Below, piece by piece: positions 10,601 to 25,600 of a DNA stretch of 64,000 nt. The stretch spans positions 337,404,001 through 337,468,000 of the forward strand of contig OZ024742.1 in assembly GCA_964016885.1 (NCBI GenBank). The letters run 5' to 3'. The notes under the pieces are model-generated. The model ran no database searches, was not told the origin of the DNA, and saw only the letters and a list, made by a program, of their open reading frames with translations. Each line of letters opens with the position of its first letter. Positions within the stretch are counted from its first letter, which is position 1. The position numbers and the translations under genes were made by a program. This DNA comes from Eledone cirrhosa (taxonomy: Eukaryota).

Positions 10601-13600
10601 AACAAAAAGCATCCAGTCCACACTGTAAAGTGGTCATGTAGGTGTCACAACAAAAAGCACCCAGTCCACACTGTAAAGTGGTCACGTAGGTGACACAACA
10701 AAAAGCACCCAGTCCACACTGTAAAGTGGTCATGTAGGTGTCACAACAAAAAGCACCCAGTCTACACTGTAAAGTGGTCATGTTGGTGTCACAAAAAAAA
10801 GCACCCAGTTCACACTGTAAAGTGGTCATGTAGGGGCCACAACAAGAGGCACCCAGTCCACACTGTAAAGTGGTCATTTAAATGTCACAACGAAGAGCAC
10901 CTAGTCCACACTGTAAAGTGGTCATGTAGATGTCACAACAAAAAGTACCCAGTCCACACTGTAAAGTGGTCATGTAGGTGTCACAAAAAAAAGCACCCAG
11001 TCCACACTGTAAAGTGGTCATGTAGGTGTCACAAAAAAAAGCACCCAGTCCACACTGTAAAGTGGTCAATGTAGGTGTCACAACAAAAAGCACCCTGTCC
11101 ACACTGTCAAGAGGTCATGTAGGTGTCACAACAAAAAGCATCCAGTCCACACTGTAAAGTGGTCATGTAGGTGTCACACCAAAAAGCACCCAGTCCACAC
11201 TGTAAAGTGGTCATGTAGGTGTCACAACAAAAAGCACCCAGTCTACACTGTAAAGTGGTCATGTTGGTGTCACAAAAAAAAGCACCCAGTTCACACTGTA
11301 AAGTGGTCATGTAGGTGCCACAACAAAAGAGGCTAGCGTACACTGTAAAGTGGTCATGTAGGTGTCACAACAAAAAGCACCCAGTCCACACTGTAAAGAG
11401 ATCATGTAGGTGTCACAACAAAAAGCACCCAGTCCACACTGTAAAGTAGTAGTGTAGGTGACAAAACAAAAAAGCACCCAGTCCACACTGTAAAGTGGTC
11501 ATGCAGGTGTCACAACAAAAGAGGCTAGCGTACACTGTAAAGTGGTCATGTAGGTGTCACAACAAAAAGCACCCAGTCCACACTGTAAAGTGGTCACGTA
11601 GATGTCACAACAAAAAGCACCCTGTCCACACTGTAAAGTGTTCATGTAGGTGTCACAACAAAAAGCACCCAGTCTACACTGTAAAGGGGTCATGTAGGTG
11701 TCACAACAAAAAGCACCCAGTCTACACTGTAAAGTGGTCAATGTAGGTGTCACAACAAAAAGCACCCAGTCCACACTGTAAAGTGGTTTTGTAGGTGTCA
11801 CAAAAAAAAGCACCCAGTCCACACTGTAAAGTGATCATGCAGGTGTCACAACAAAAAGCACCCAGTCCACACTGTAAAGTGGTCATGTAGGTGTCACAAC
11901 AAAAAGCACCCAGTCTACACTGTAAAGTGGTCATGTTGGTGTCACAAAAAAAAGCACCCAGTCCACACAGTAAAGTAGTAGTGTATGTGTCACAACAAAA
12001 AGCACCCAGACCACACTGTAAAGTGGTCAATGTAGGTGTCACAACAAAAAGCACCCTGTCCACACTGTCAAGTGGTCATGTAGGTGTCACAACAAAAAGC
12101 ATCCAGTCCACACTGTAAAGTGGTCATGTAGGTGTCACAACAAAAAGCACCCAGTCCACACTGTAAAGTGGTCATGTAGGTGTCACAACAAAAAGCACCC
12201 AGTCTACACTGTAAAGTGGTCATGTAGGTGTCACAACAAAAAGCATCCAGTCCACACTGTAAAGTGGTCATGTAGGTGTCACAACAAAAAGCACCCAGTC
12301 CACACTGTAAAGTGGTTTTGTAGGTGACACAACAAAAAGCACCCAGTCCACACTGAAAAGTGATCATGCAGGTGTCACAACAAAAAGCACCCAGTCCACA
12401 CTGTAAAGTGGTTTTGTAGGTGTCACAAAAAAAAGCACCCAGTCCACACTGTAAAGTGATCATGCAGGTGTCACAACAAAAAGCACCCAGTCCACACTGT
12501 AAAGTGGTCATGTAGGTGTCACAACAAAAGAGGCTAGCGTACATTGTAAAGTGGTCATGTAGGTGTCACAACAAAAAGAACCCAGTCCACACTGTAAAGT
12601 GGTCACGTAGATGTCACAACAAAAAGCACCCTGTCCACACTGTAAAGTGTTCATGTAGGTGTCACAACAAAAAGCACCCAGTCTACACTGTAAAGGGGTC
12701 ATGTAGGTGTCACAACAAAAAGCACCCAGTCTACACTGTAAAGTGGTCATGTTGGTGTCACAAAAAAAAGCACCCAGTCCACACAGTAAAGTAGTAGTGT
12801 ATGTGTCACAACAAAAAGCACCCAGACCACACTGTAAAGTGGTCAATGTAGGTGTCACAACAAAAAGCACCCTGTCCACACTGTCAAGTGGTCATGTAGG
12901 TGTCACAACAAAAAGCATCCAGTCCACACTGTAAAGTGGTCATGTAGGTGTCACACCAAAAAGCACCCAGTCCACACTGTAAAGTGGTCATGTAGGTGTC
13001 ACAACAAAAAGCACCCAGTCTACACTGTAAAGTGGTCATGTTGGTGTCACAAAAAAAAGCACCCAGTTCACACTGTAAAGTGGTCATGTAGGTGCCACAA
13101 CAAAAGAGGCTAGCGTACACTGTAAAGTGGTCATGTAGGTGTCACAACAAAAAGCACCCAGTCCACACTGTAAAGAGATCATGTAGGTGTCACAACAAAA
13201 AGCACCCAGTCCACACTGTAAAGTAGTAGTGTAGGTGACAAAACAAAAAGCACCCAGTCCACACTGTAAAGTGGTCATGCAGGTGTCACAACAAAAGAGG
13301 CTAGCGTACACTGTAAAGTGGTCATGTAGGTGTCACAACAAAAAGCACCCAGTCCACACTGTAAAGTGGTCACGTAGATGTCACAACAAAAAGCACCCTG
13401 TCCACACTGTAAAGTGTTCATGTAGGTGTCACAACAAAAAGCACCCAGTCTACACTGTAAAGGGGTCATGTAGGTGTCACAACAAAAAGCACCCAGTCTA
13501 CACTGTAAAGTGGTCAATGTAGGTGTCACAACAAAAAGCACCCAGTCCACACTGTAAAGTAGTAGTGTATGCGTCACAACAAAAAGCACACAGTCCACAC

Positions 13601-16600
13601 TGTAAAGTGGTCAATGTAGGTGTCACAACAAAAAGCACCCAGTCCACACTGTAAAGTAGTAGTGTATGTGTCACAACAAAAAGCACGCAGTCCACACTGT
13701 AAAGTGATCATGCAGGTGTCACAACAAAAAGCACCCAGTCCACACTGTAAAGTGGTCATGTAGGTGTCACAAAAAAAAGCACGCAGTCCACACTGTAAAG
13801 TAGTATTGTATGTGTCACAACAAAAAGCACCCAGACCACACTGTAAAGTGGTCAATGTAGGTGTCACAACAAAAAGCACCCTGTCCACACTGTCAAGTGG
13901 TCATGTAGGTGTCACAACAAAAAGCATCCAGTCCACACTGTAAAGTGGTCATGTAGGTGTCACAACAAAAAGCACCCAGTCCACACTGTAAAGTGGTCAC
14001 GTAGGTGACACAACAAAAAGCACCCAGTCCACACTGTAAAGTGGTCATGTAGGTGTCACAACAAAAAGCACCCAGTCTACACTGTAAAGTGGTCATGTTG
14101 GTGTCACAAAAAAAAGCACCCAGTTCACACTGTAAAGTGGTCATGTAGGGGCCACAACAAGAGGCACCCATTCCACACTGTAAAGTGGTCATTTAAATGT
14201 CACAACGAAGAGCACCTAGTCCACACTGTAAAGTGGTCATGTAGATGTCACAACAAAAAGTACCCAGTCCACACTGTAAAGTGGTCATGTAGGTGTCACA
14301 AAAAAAGCACCCAGTCCACACTGTAAAGTGGTCATGTAGGTGTCACAAAAAAAAGCACCCAGTCGACCATGTAAAGTGGTCATGTAGGTGTCACAACAAA
14401 AAGCACCCAGTCCACACTGTAAAGTGGTCACGTAGGTGACACAACAAAAAGCACCCAGTCCACACTGTAAAATGGTCATGTAGGTGTCACAACAAAAAGC
14501 ACCCAGTCTACACTGTAAAGTGGTCATGTTGGTGTCACAAAAAAAAGCACCCAGTTCACACTGTAAAGTGGTCATGTAGGTGTCAGAACAAAAAGCACCC
14601 AGTCCACACTGTAAAGTGGTCACGTAGGTGACACAACAAAAAGCACCCAGTCCACACTGTAAAGGGGTCATGTAGGTGTCACAACAAAAAGCACCCAGTC
14701 TACACTGTAAAGTGGTCATGTAGGTGTCACAACAAAAAGCATCCAGTCCACACTGTAAAGTGGTCATGTAGGTGTCACAACAAAAAGCACCCAGTCCACA
14801 CTGTAAAGTGGTTTTGTAGGTGACACAACAAAAAGCACCCAGTCCACACTGTAAAGTGATCATGCAGGTGTCACAACAAAAAGCACCCAGTCCACACTGT
14901 AAAGTGGTCATGTAGGTGTCACAACAAAAAGCACCCAGTCCACACTGTAAAGAGATCATGTAGGTGTCACAACAAAAAGCACCCAGTCCACACTGTAAAG
15001 TAGTAGTGTAGGTGACAAAACAAAAAAGCACCCAGTCCACACTGTAAAGTGGTCATGCAGGTGTCACAACAAAAGAGGCTAGCGTACACTGTAAAGTGGT
15101 CATGTAGGTGTCACAACAAAAAGCACCCAGTCCACACTGTAAAGTGGTCACGTAGATGTCACAACAAAAAGCACCCTGTCCACACTGTAAAGTGTTCATG
15201 TAGGTGTCACAACAAAAAGCACCCAGTCTACACTGTAAAGGGGTCATGTAGGTGTCACAACAAAAAGCACCCAGTCTACACTGTAAAGTGGTCAATGTAG
15301 GTGTCACAACAAAAAGCACCCACTCCACACTGTAAAGTGGTTTTGTAGGTGTCACAAAAAAAAGCACCCAGTCCACACTGTAAAGTGATCATGCAGGTGT
15401 CACAACAAAAAGCACCCAGTCCACACTGTAAAGTGGTCATGTAGGTGTCACAACAAAAAGCACCCAGTCTACACTGTAAAGTGGTCATGTTGGTGTCACA
15501 AAAAAAAGCACCCAGTCCACACAGTAAAGTAGTAGTGTATGTGTCACAACAAAAAGCACCCAGACCACACTGTAAAGTGGTCAATGTAGGTGTCACAACA
15601 AAAAGCACCCTGTCCACACTGTCAAGTGGTCATGTAGGTGTCACAACAAAAAGCATCCAGTCCACACTGTAAAGTAGTCATGTAGGTGTCACAACAAAAA
15701 GCACCCAGTCTACACTGTAAAGTGGTCATGTAGGTGTCACAACAAAAAGCATCCAGTCCACACTGTAAAGTGGTCATGTAGGTGTCACAACAAAAAGCAC
15801 CCAGTCCACACTGTAAAGTGGTTTTGTAGGTGACACAACAAAAAGCACCCAGTCCACACTGTAAAGTGATCATGCAGGTGTCACAACAAAAAGCACCCAG
15901 TCCACACTGTAAAGTGGTTTTGTAGGTGTCACAAAAAAAAGCACCCAGTCCACACTGTAAAGTGATCATGCAGGTGTCACAACAAAAAGCACCCAGTCCA
16001 CACTGTAAAGTGGTCATGTAGGTGTCACAACAAAAGAGGCTAGCGTACATTGTAAAGTGGTCATGTAGGTGTCACAACAAAAAGCACCCAGTCCACACTG
16101 TAAAGTGGTCACGTAGATGTCACAACAAAAAGCACCCTGTCCACACTGTAAAGTGTTCATGTAGGTGTCACAACAAAAAGCACCCAGTCTACACTGTAAA
16201 GGGGTCATGTAGGTGTCACAACAAAAAGCACCCAGTCTACACTGTAAAGTGGTCAATGTAGGTGTCACAACAAAAAGCACCCAGTCCACACTGTAAAGTA
16301 GTAGTGTATGTGTCACAACAAAAAGCACGCAGTCCACACTGTAAAGTGATCATGCAGGTGTCACAACAAAAAGCACCCAGTCCACACTGTAAAGTGGTCA
16401 TGTAGGTGTCACAAAAAAAAGCACGCAGTCCACACTGTAAAGTAGTATTGTATGTGTCACAACAAAAAGCACCCAGACCACACTGTAAAGTGGTCAATGT
16501 AGGTGTCACAACAAAAAGCACCCTGTCCACACTGTCAAGTGGTCATGTAGGTGTCACAACAAAAAGCATCCAGTCCACACTGTAAAGTGGTCATGTAGGT

Positions 16601-19600
16601 GTCACAACAAAAAGCACCCAGTCCACACTGTAAAGTGGTCACGTAGGTGACACAACAAAAAGCACCCAGTCCACACTGTAAAGTGGTCATGTAGGTGTCA
16701 CAACAAAAAGCACCCAGTCTACACTGTAAAGTGGTGATGTTGGTGTCACAAAAAAAAGCACCCAGTTCACACTGTAAAGTGGTCATGTAGGGGCCACAAC
16801 AAGAGGCACCCAGTCCACACTGTAAAGTGGTCATTTAAATGTCACAACGAAGAGCACCTAGTCCACACTGTAAAGTGGTCATGTAGATGTCACAACAAAA
16901 AGTACCCAGTCCACACTGTAAAGTGGTCATGTAGGTGTCACAAAAAAAAGCACCCAGTCCACACTGTAAAGTGCTCATGTAGGTGTCACAAAAAAAAGCA
17001 CCCAGTCCACACTGTAAAGTGGTCAATGTAGGTGTCACAACAAAAAGCACCCTGTCCACACTGTCAAGAGGTCATGTAGGTGTCACAACAAAAAGCATCC
17101 AGTCCACACTGTAAAGTGGTCATGTAGGTGTCACACCAAAAAGCACCCAGTCCACACTGTAAAGTGGTCATGTAGGTGTCACAACAAAAAGCACCCAGTC
17201 TACACTGTAAAGTGGTCATGTTGGTGTCACAAAAAAAAGCACCCAGTTCACACTGTAAAGTGGTCATGTAGGTGCCACAACAAAAGAGGCTAGCGTACAC
17301 TGTAAAGTGGTCATGTAGGTGTCACAACAAAAAGCACCCAGTCCACACTGTAAAGAGATCATGTAGGTGTCACAACAAAAAGCACCCAGTCCACACTGTA
17401 AAGTAGTAGTGTAGGTGACAAAACAAAAAAGCACCCAGTCCACACTGTAAAGTGGTCATGCAGGTGTCACAACAAAAGAGGCTAGCGTACACTGTAAAGT
17501 GGTCATGTAGGTGTCACAACAAAAAGCACCCAGTCCACACTGTAAAGTGGTCACGTAGATGTCACAACAAAAAGCACCCTGTCCACACTGTAAAGTGTTC
17601 ATGTAGGTGTCACAACAAAAAGCACCCAGTCTACACTGTAAAGGGGTCATGTAGGTGTCACAACAAAAAGCACCCAGTCTACACTGTAAAGTGGTCAATG
17701 TAGGTGTCACAACAAAAAGCACCCAGTCCACACTGTAAAGTGGTTTTGTAGGTGTCACAAAAAAAAGCACCCAGTCCACACTGTAAAGTGATCATGCAGG
17801 TGTCACAACAAAAAGCACCCAGTCCACACTGTAAAGTGGTCATGTAGGTGTCACAACAAAAAGCACCCAGTCTACACTGTAGAGTGGTCATGTTGGTGTC
17901 ACAAAAAAAAGCACCCAGTCCACACAGTAAAGTAGTAGTGTATGTGTCACAACAAAAAGCACCCAGACCACACTGTAAAGTGGTCAATGTAGGTGTCACA
18001 ACAAAAAGCACCCTGTCCACACTGTCAAGTGGTCATGTAGGTGTCACAACAAAAAGCATCCAGTCCACACTGTAAAGTGGTCATGTAGGTGTCACAACAA
18101 AAAGCACCCAGTCCACACTGTAAAGTGGTCATGTAGGTGTCACAACAAAAAGCACCCAGTCTACACTGTAAAGTGGTCATGTAGGTGTCACAACAAAAAG
18201 CATCCAGTCCACACTGTAAAGTGGTCATGTAGGTGTCACAACTAAAAGCACCCAGTCCACACTGTAAAGTGGTTTTGTAGGTGACACAACAAAAAGCACC
18301 CAGTCCACACTGTAAAGTGATCATGCAGGTGTCACAACAAAAAGCACCCAGTCCACACTGTAAAGTGGTTTTGTAGGTGTCACAAAAAAAAGCACCCAGT
18401 CCACACTGTAAAGTGATCATGCAGGTGTCAATACAAAAAGCACCCAGTCCACACTGTAAAGTGGTCATGTAGGTGTCACAACAAAAGAGGCTAGCGTACG
18501 TTGTAAAGTGGTCATGTAGGTGTCACAACAAAAAGCACCCAGTCCACACTGAAAAGTGGTCACGTAGATGTCACAACAAAAAGCACCCTGTCCACACTGT
18601 AAAGTGTTCATGTAGGTGTCACAACAAAAAGCACCCAGTCTACACTGTAAAGGGGTCATGTAGGTGTCACAACAAAAAGCACCCAGTCTACACTGTAAAG
18701 TGGTCATGTTGGTGTCACAAAAAAAAGCACCCAGTCCACACAGTAAAGTAGTAGTGTATGTGTCACAACAAAAAGCACCCAGACCACACTGTAAAGTGGT
18801 CAATGTAGGTGTCACAACAAAAAGCACCCTGTCCACACTGTCAAGTGGTCATGTAGGTGTCACAACAAAAAGCATCCAGTCCACACTGTAAAGTGGTCAT
18901 GTAGGTGTCACACCAAAAAGCACCCAGTCCACACTGTAAAGTGGTCATGTAGGTGTCACAACAAAAAGCACCCAGTCTACACTGTAAAGTGGTCATGTTG
19001 GTGTCACAAAAAAAAGCACCCAGTTCACACTGTAAAGTGGTCATGTAGGTGCCACAACAAAAGAGGCTAGCGTACACTGTAAAGTGGTCATGTAGGTGTC
19101 ACAACAAAAAGCACCCAGTCCACACTGTAAAGAGATCATGTAGGTGTCACAACAAAAAGCACCCAGTCCACACTGTAAAGTAGTAGTGTAGGTGACAAAA
19201 CAAAAAGCACCCAGTCCACACTGTAAAGTGGTCATGCAGGTGTCACAACAAAAGAGGCTAGCGTACACTGTAAAGTGGTCATGTAGGTGTCACAACAAAA
19301 AGCACCCAGTCCACACTGTAACGTGGTCACGTAGATGTCACAACAAAAAGCACCCTGTCCACACTGTAAAGTGTTCATGTAGGTGTCACAACAAAAAGCA
19401 CCCAGTCTACACTGTAAAGGGGTCATGTAGGTGTCACAACAAAAAGCACCCAGTCTACACTGTAAAGTGGTCAATGTAGGTGTCACAACAAAAAGCACCC
19501 AGTCCACACTGTAAAGTAGTAGTGTATGCGTCACAACAAAAAGCACACAGTCCACACTGTAAAGTGGTCAATGTAGGTGTCACAACAAAAAGCACCCAGT

Positions 19601-22600
19601 CCACACTGTAAAGTAGTAGTGTATGTGTCACAACAAAAAGCACGCAGTCCACACTGTAAAGTGATCATGCAGGTGTCACAACAAAAAGCACCCAGTCCAC
19701 ACTGTAAAGTGGTCATGTAGGTGTCACAAAAAAAAGCACGCAGTCCACACTGTAAAGTAGTATTGTATGTGTCACAACAAAAAGCACCCAGACCACACTG
19801 TAAAGTGGTCAATGTAGGTGTCACAACAAAAAGCACCCTGTCCACACTGTCAAGTGGTCATGTAGGTGTCACAACAAAAAGCATCCAGTCCACACTGTAA
19901 AGTGGTCATGTAGGTGTCACAACAAAAAGCACCCAGTCCACACTGTAAAGTGGTCACGTAGGTGACACAACAAAAAGCACCCAGTCCACACTGTAAAGTG
20001 GTCATGTAGGTGTCACAACAAAAAGCACCCAGTCTACACTGTAAAGTGGTCATGTTGGTGTCACAAAAAAAAGCACCCAGTTCACACTGTAAAGTGGTCA
20101 TGTAGGGGCCACAACAAGAGGCACCCATTCCACACTGTAAAGTGGTCATTTAAATGTCACAACGAAGAGCACCTAGTCCACACTGTAAAGTGGTCATGTA
20201 GATGTCACAACAAAAAGTACCCAGTCCACACTGTAAAGTGGTCATGTAGGTGTCACAAAAAAAAGCACCCAGTCCACACTGTAAAGTGGTCATGTAGGTG
20301 TCACAAAAAAAAGCACCCAGTCGACCATGTAAAGTGGTCATGTAGGTGTCACAAAAAAAAGCACCCAGTCCACACTGTAAAGTGGTCACGTAGGTGACAC
20401 AACAAAAAGCACCCAGTCCACACTGTAAAATGGTCATGTAGGTGTCACAACAAAAAGCACCCAGTCTACACTGTAAAGTGGTCATGTTGGTGTCACAAAA
20501 AAAAGCACCCAGTTCACACTGTAAAGTGGTCATGTAGGTGTCAGAACAAAAAGCACCCAGTCCACACTGTAAAGTGGTCACGTAGGTGACACAACAAAAA
20601 GCACCCAGTCCACACTGTAAAGTGGTCATGTAGGTGTCACAACAAAAAGCACCCAGTCTACACTGTAAAGTGGTCATGTAGGTGTCACAACAAAAAGCAT
20701 CCAGTCCACACTGTAAAGTGGTCATGTAGGTGTCACAACAAAAAGCACCCAGTCCACACTGTAAAGTGGTTTTGTAGGTGACACAACAAAAAGCACCCAG
20801 TCCACACTGTAAAGTGATCATGCAGGTGTCACAACAAAAAGCACCCAGTCCACACTGTAAAGTGGTCATGTAGGTGTCACAACAAAAAGCACCCAGTCTA
20901 CACTGTAAAGTGGTCATGTTGGTGTCACAAAAAAAAGCACCCAGTCCACACAGTAAAGTATTAGTGTATGTGTCACAACAAAAAGCACCCAGACCACACT
21001 GTAAAGTGGTCAATGTAGGTGTCACAACAAAAAGCACCCTGTCCACACTGTCAAGTGGTCATGTAGGTGTCACAACAAAAAGCATCCAGTCCACAATGTA
21101 AAGTGGTCATGTAGGTGTCACAACAAAAAGCACCCAGTCCACACTGTAAAGTGGTCACGTAGGTGACACAACAAAAAGCACCCAGTCCACACTGTAAAGT
21201 GGTCATGTTGGTGTCACAACAAAAAGCACCCAGTCTACACTGTAAAGTGGTCATGTTGGTGTCACAAAAAAAAGCACCCAGTTCATACTGTAAAGTGGTC
21301 ATGTAGGTGCCACAACAAAAGAGGCTAGCGTACACTGTAAAGTGGTCATGTAGGTGTCACAACAAAAAGCACCCAGTCCACACTGTAAAGTGATCATGTA
21401 GGTGTCACAACAAAAAGCACCCAGTCCACACTGTAAAGTAGTAGTGTAGGTGACAAAACAAAAAGCACCCAGTCCACACTGTAAAGTGGTCATGCAGGTG
21501 TCACAACAAAAGAGGCTAGCGTACACTGTAAAGTGGTCATGTAGGTGTCACAACAAAAAGCACCCAGTCCACACTGTAAAGTGGTCACGTAGATGTCACA
21601 ACAAAAAGCACCCTGTCCACACTGTAAAGTGGTCATGTAGGTGTCACAACAAAAAGCACCCAGTCTACACTGTAAAGTGGTCATGTTGGTGTCACAAAAA
21701 AAAGCACCCAGTTCACACTGTAAAGTGGTCATGTAGGGGCCACAACAAGAGGCACCCAGTCCACACTGTAAAGTGTTCATTTAAATGTCACAACGAAGAG
21801 CACCCAGTCCACACTGTAAAGTGGTCATGTAGATGTCACAACAAAAAGTACCCAGTCCACACTGTAAAGTGGTCATGTAGGTGTCACAAAAAAAAGCACC
21901 CAGTCCACCCTGTAAAGTGGTCATGTAGGTGTCACAAAAAAAAGCACCCAGTCTACAATGTAAAGTGGTCATGTAGGTGTCACAACAAAAAGCACCCAGT
22001 CCACACTGTAAAGTGGTCACGTAGGTGACACAACAAAAAGCACCCAGTCCACACTGTAAAGTGGTCATGTAGGTGTCACAACAAAAAGCACCCAGTCTAC
22101 ACTGTAAAGTGGTCATGTTGGTGTCACAAAAAAAAGCACCCAGTTCACACTGTAAAGTGGTCATGTAGGTGCCACAACAAAAAGCACCCAGTCCACACTG
22201 TAAAGTAGTCATTTAAATGTCACAACGAAGAGCACCCAGTCCACACTGTAAAGTGGTCATGTAGGTGTCACAACAAAAAGCACCCAGTCCACACTGTAAA
22301 GTGGTTTTGTAGGTGTCACAACAAAAAGCACCTAGTCGACACTGTAAAGTAGTAGTGTAGGTGTCAAAACAAAAAGCACCCAGTCTACACTGTAAAGTGG
22401 TTAATGTAGGTGTCACAACAAAAAGCACCCAGTCCACACTGTAAAGTAGTAGTGTATGTGTCACAACAAAAAGCACACAGTCCACACTGTAAAGTGGTCA
22501 ATGTACGTGTCGCAACAAAATGCACCCAGTCCACACTGTAAAGTAGTAGTGTATGTGTCACAACAAAAAGGACCCAGTCCACACTGTAAAGTGATCATGC

Positions 22601-25600
22601 AGGTGTCACAACAGAAAGCACCCAGTCCACACTGTAAAGTGGTCATGTAGGTGTCACAACAAAAAGCACCCAGTCTACACTGTAAAGTGGTCATGTTGGT
22701 GTCACAAAAAAAAGCACCCAGTCCACACTGTAAAGTAGTATTGTATGTGTCACAACAAAAAGCACCCAGACCACACTGTAAAGTGGTCAATGTAGGTGTC
22801 ACAACAAAAAGCACCCTGTCCACACTGTCAAGTGGTCATGTAGGTGTCACAACAAAAAGCATCCAGTCCACACTGTAAAGTGATCATGTAGGTGTCACAA
22901 CAAAAAGCACCCAGTCCACACTGTAAAGTGGTCATGTAGGTGTCACAACAAAAAGCACCCAGTCCACACTGTAAAGTAGTAGTGTAGGTGTCACAACAAA
23001 AAGCACCCAGTCTACACCGTAAAGTGGTCATGTTGGTGTCACAAAAAAAGCACCCAGTTCACACTGTAAAGTGGTCATGTAGGTTCCACAACAAAAAGCA
23101 CCCAGTCCACACTGTAAAGTGGTCATTTAAATGTCACAATGAAGAGCACCCAGTCCACACTGTAAAGTGGTCATGTAGGTGTCACAACAAAAAGCACCCA
23201 GTCCACACTGTAAAGTAGTAGTGTAGGTGTCAAAACAAAAAGCACCCAGTGCACACTGTAAAGTGGTCATGCAGGTGTCACAACAAAAGAGGCTAGCGTA
23301 CACTGTAAAGTGGTCATGTAGGTGTCACAACAAAAAGCACCCAGTCCACACTGTAAAGTGGTTTTGTAGGTGTCACAACAAAAAGCACCCAGTCGACACT
23401 GTAAAGTAGTAGTGTAGGTGTCAAAACAAAAAGCCTCCAGTCCACACTGTAAAGTGTTCATGTAGGTGTCACAACAAAAAGCACCCAGTCCATACTGTAA
23501 AGTGGTCACGTAGGTGTCACAACAAAAAGCACCCAGTCCACAGTGTAAAGTGGTCACGTAGGTGTTACAACAAAAAGCACACAGTCCACACTGTAAAGTG
23601 GTCATGTAGGTGTCACAACAAAAAGCACCCAGTCTACACTGTAAAGTGGTCAATGTAGGTGTCACAACAAAAAGCACCCAATCCACACTGTAAAGTAGTA
23701 GTGTATGTGTCACAACAAAAAGCACCCAGTCGACACTGTAAAGTAGTAGTGTAGGTGTCAAAACAAGAAGCATCCAGTCCACACTGTAAAGTGTTCATGT
23801 AGGTGTCACAACAAAAAGCACCCAGTCCACACTGTAAAGTGGTCACGTAGGTGTCACAACAAAAAGCACCCAGTCCACACTGTAAAGTGGTCATGTAGGT
23901 GTCAAAACAAAAAGCACCCAGTCCACACTGTAAAGTGGTCATGTAGGTGACACAACAAAAAGCACCCAGTCCACACTGTAAAGTGGTCATGTAGGTGTCA
24001 CAACAAAAAGCACCCAGTCCACACTGTAAAGTAGTAGTGTAGGTTACAAAACAAAAAGCACCCAGTCCACACTGTAAAGTGGTCAATGTAGGTGCCACAA
24101 CAAAAAGCACCCTGTCCACACTGTCAAGTGGTCATGTAGGTGTCACAACAAAAAGCACCCAGTCCACACTGTAAAGTGGTCATGTAGGTGTCACAACAAA
24201 AAGCACCCAGTCCACACTGTAAAGTAGTAGTGTAGGTGACAAAACAAAAAGCACCCAGTCCACACTGTAAAGTGGTCATGTTGGTGTCACAAAAAAAAGC
24301 ACCCAGTTCACACTGTAAAGTGGTCATGTAGGTTCCACAACAAAAAGCACCCAGTCCACACTGTAAAGTGGTCATGTAGGTGTCACAACAAAAAGCACCC
24401 AGTCCACACTGTAAAGTGGTCATGTAGGTGTCACAACAAAAAGCACCCAGTCTACACCGTAAAGTGGTCATGTCGGTGTCACAAAAAAAAGCACCCAGTT
24501 CACACTGTAAAGTGGTCATGTAGGTGCCACAACAAAAAGCACCCAGTCCACACTGTAAAGTGGTCATTTAAATGTCACAACGAAGAGCACCCAGACCACA
24601 CTGTAAAGTGGTCATGTAGGTGTTACAACAAAAAGCACCCAGTCCACACTGTAAAGTAGTAGTGTAGGTGTCAAAACAAAAAGCAGCCAGTGCACACTGT
24701 AAAGTGGTCATGCAGGTGTCACAACAAAAGAGGCTAGCGTACACTGTAAAGTGGTCATGTAGGTGTCACAACAAAAAGCACCCAGTCCACACTGTAAAGT
24801 GGTTTTGTAGGTGTCACAACAAAAAGCACCCAGTCGACACTGTAAAGTAGTAGTGTAGGTGTCAAAACAAAAAGCATCCAGTCCACACTGTAAAGTGTTC
24901 ATGTAGGTGTCACAACAAAAAGCACCCAGTCCACACTGTAAAGTGGTCACGTAGGTGTCACAACAAAAAGCACCCAGTCCACACTGTAAAGTGGTCATGT
25001 AGGTGTCACAACAAAAAGCACCCAGTCCACCGTGTAAAGTGGTCACGTAGGTGTTACAACAAAAAGCACACAGTCCACACTGTAAAGTGGTCATGTAGGT
25101 GTCACAACAAAAAGCACCCAGTCTACACTGTAAAATGGTCAATGTAGGTGTCACAACAAAAAGCACCCAGTCCACACTGTAAAGTAGTAGTGTATGTGTC
25201 ACAACAAAAAGCACCCAGCCCACACTGTAAAGTAGTAGTGTAGGTGTCAAAACAAAAAGCACCCAGTCCACACTGTAAAGTGGTCATGTAGGTGACACAA
25301 CAAAAAGCACCCAGTCCACACTGTAAAGTGGTCATGTAGGTGTCACAACAAAAAGCACCCAGTCCACACTGTAAAGTAGTAGTGTAGGTTACAAAACAAA
25401 AAGCACCCAGTCCACACTGTAAAGTGGTCAATGTAGGTGCCACAACAAAAAGCACCTGTCCACACTGTCAAGTGGTCATGTAGGTTTCACAACAAAAAGC
25501 ACCCAGTCCACACTGTAAAGTGGTCATGTAGGTGTCACAACAAAAAGCACCCAGTCCACACTGTAAAGTAGTAGTGTAGGTGACAAAACAAAAAAGCACC

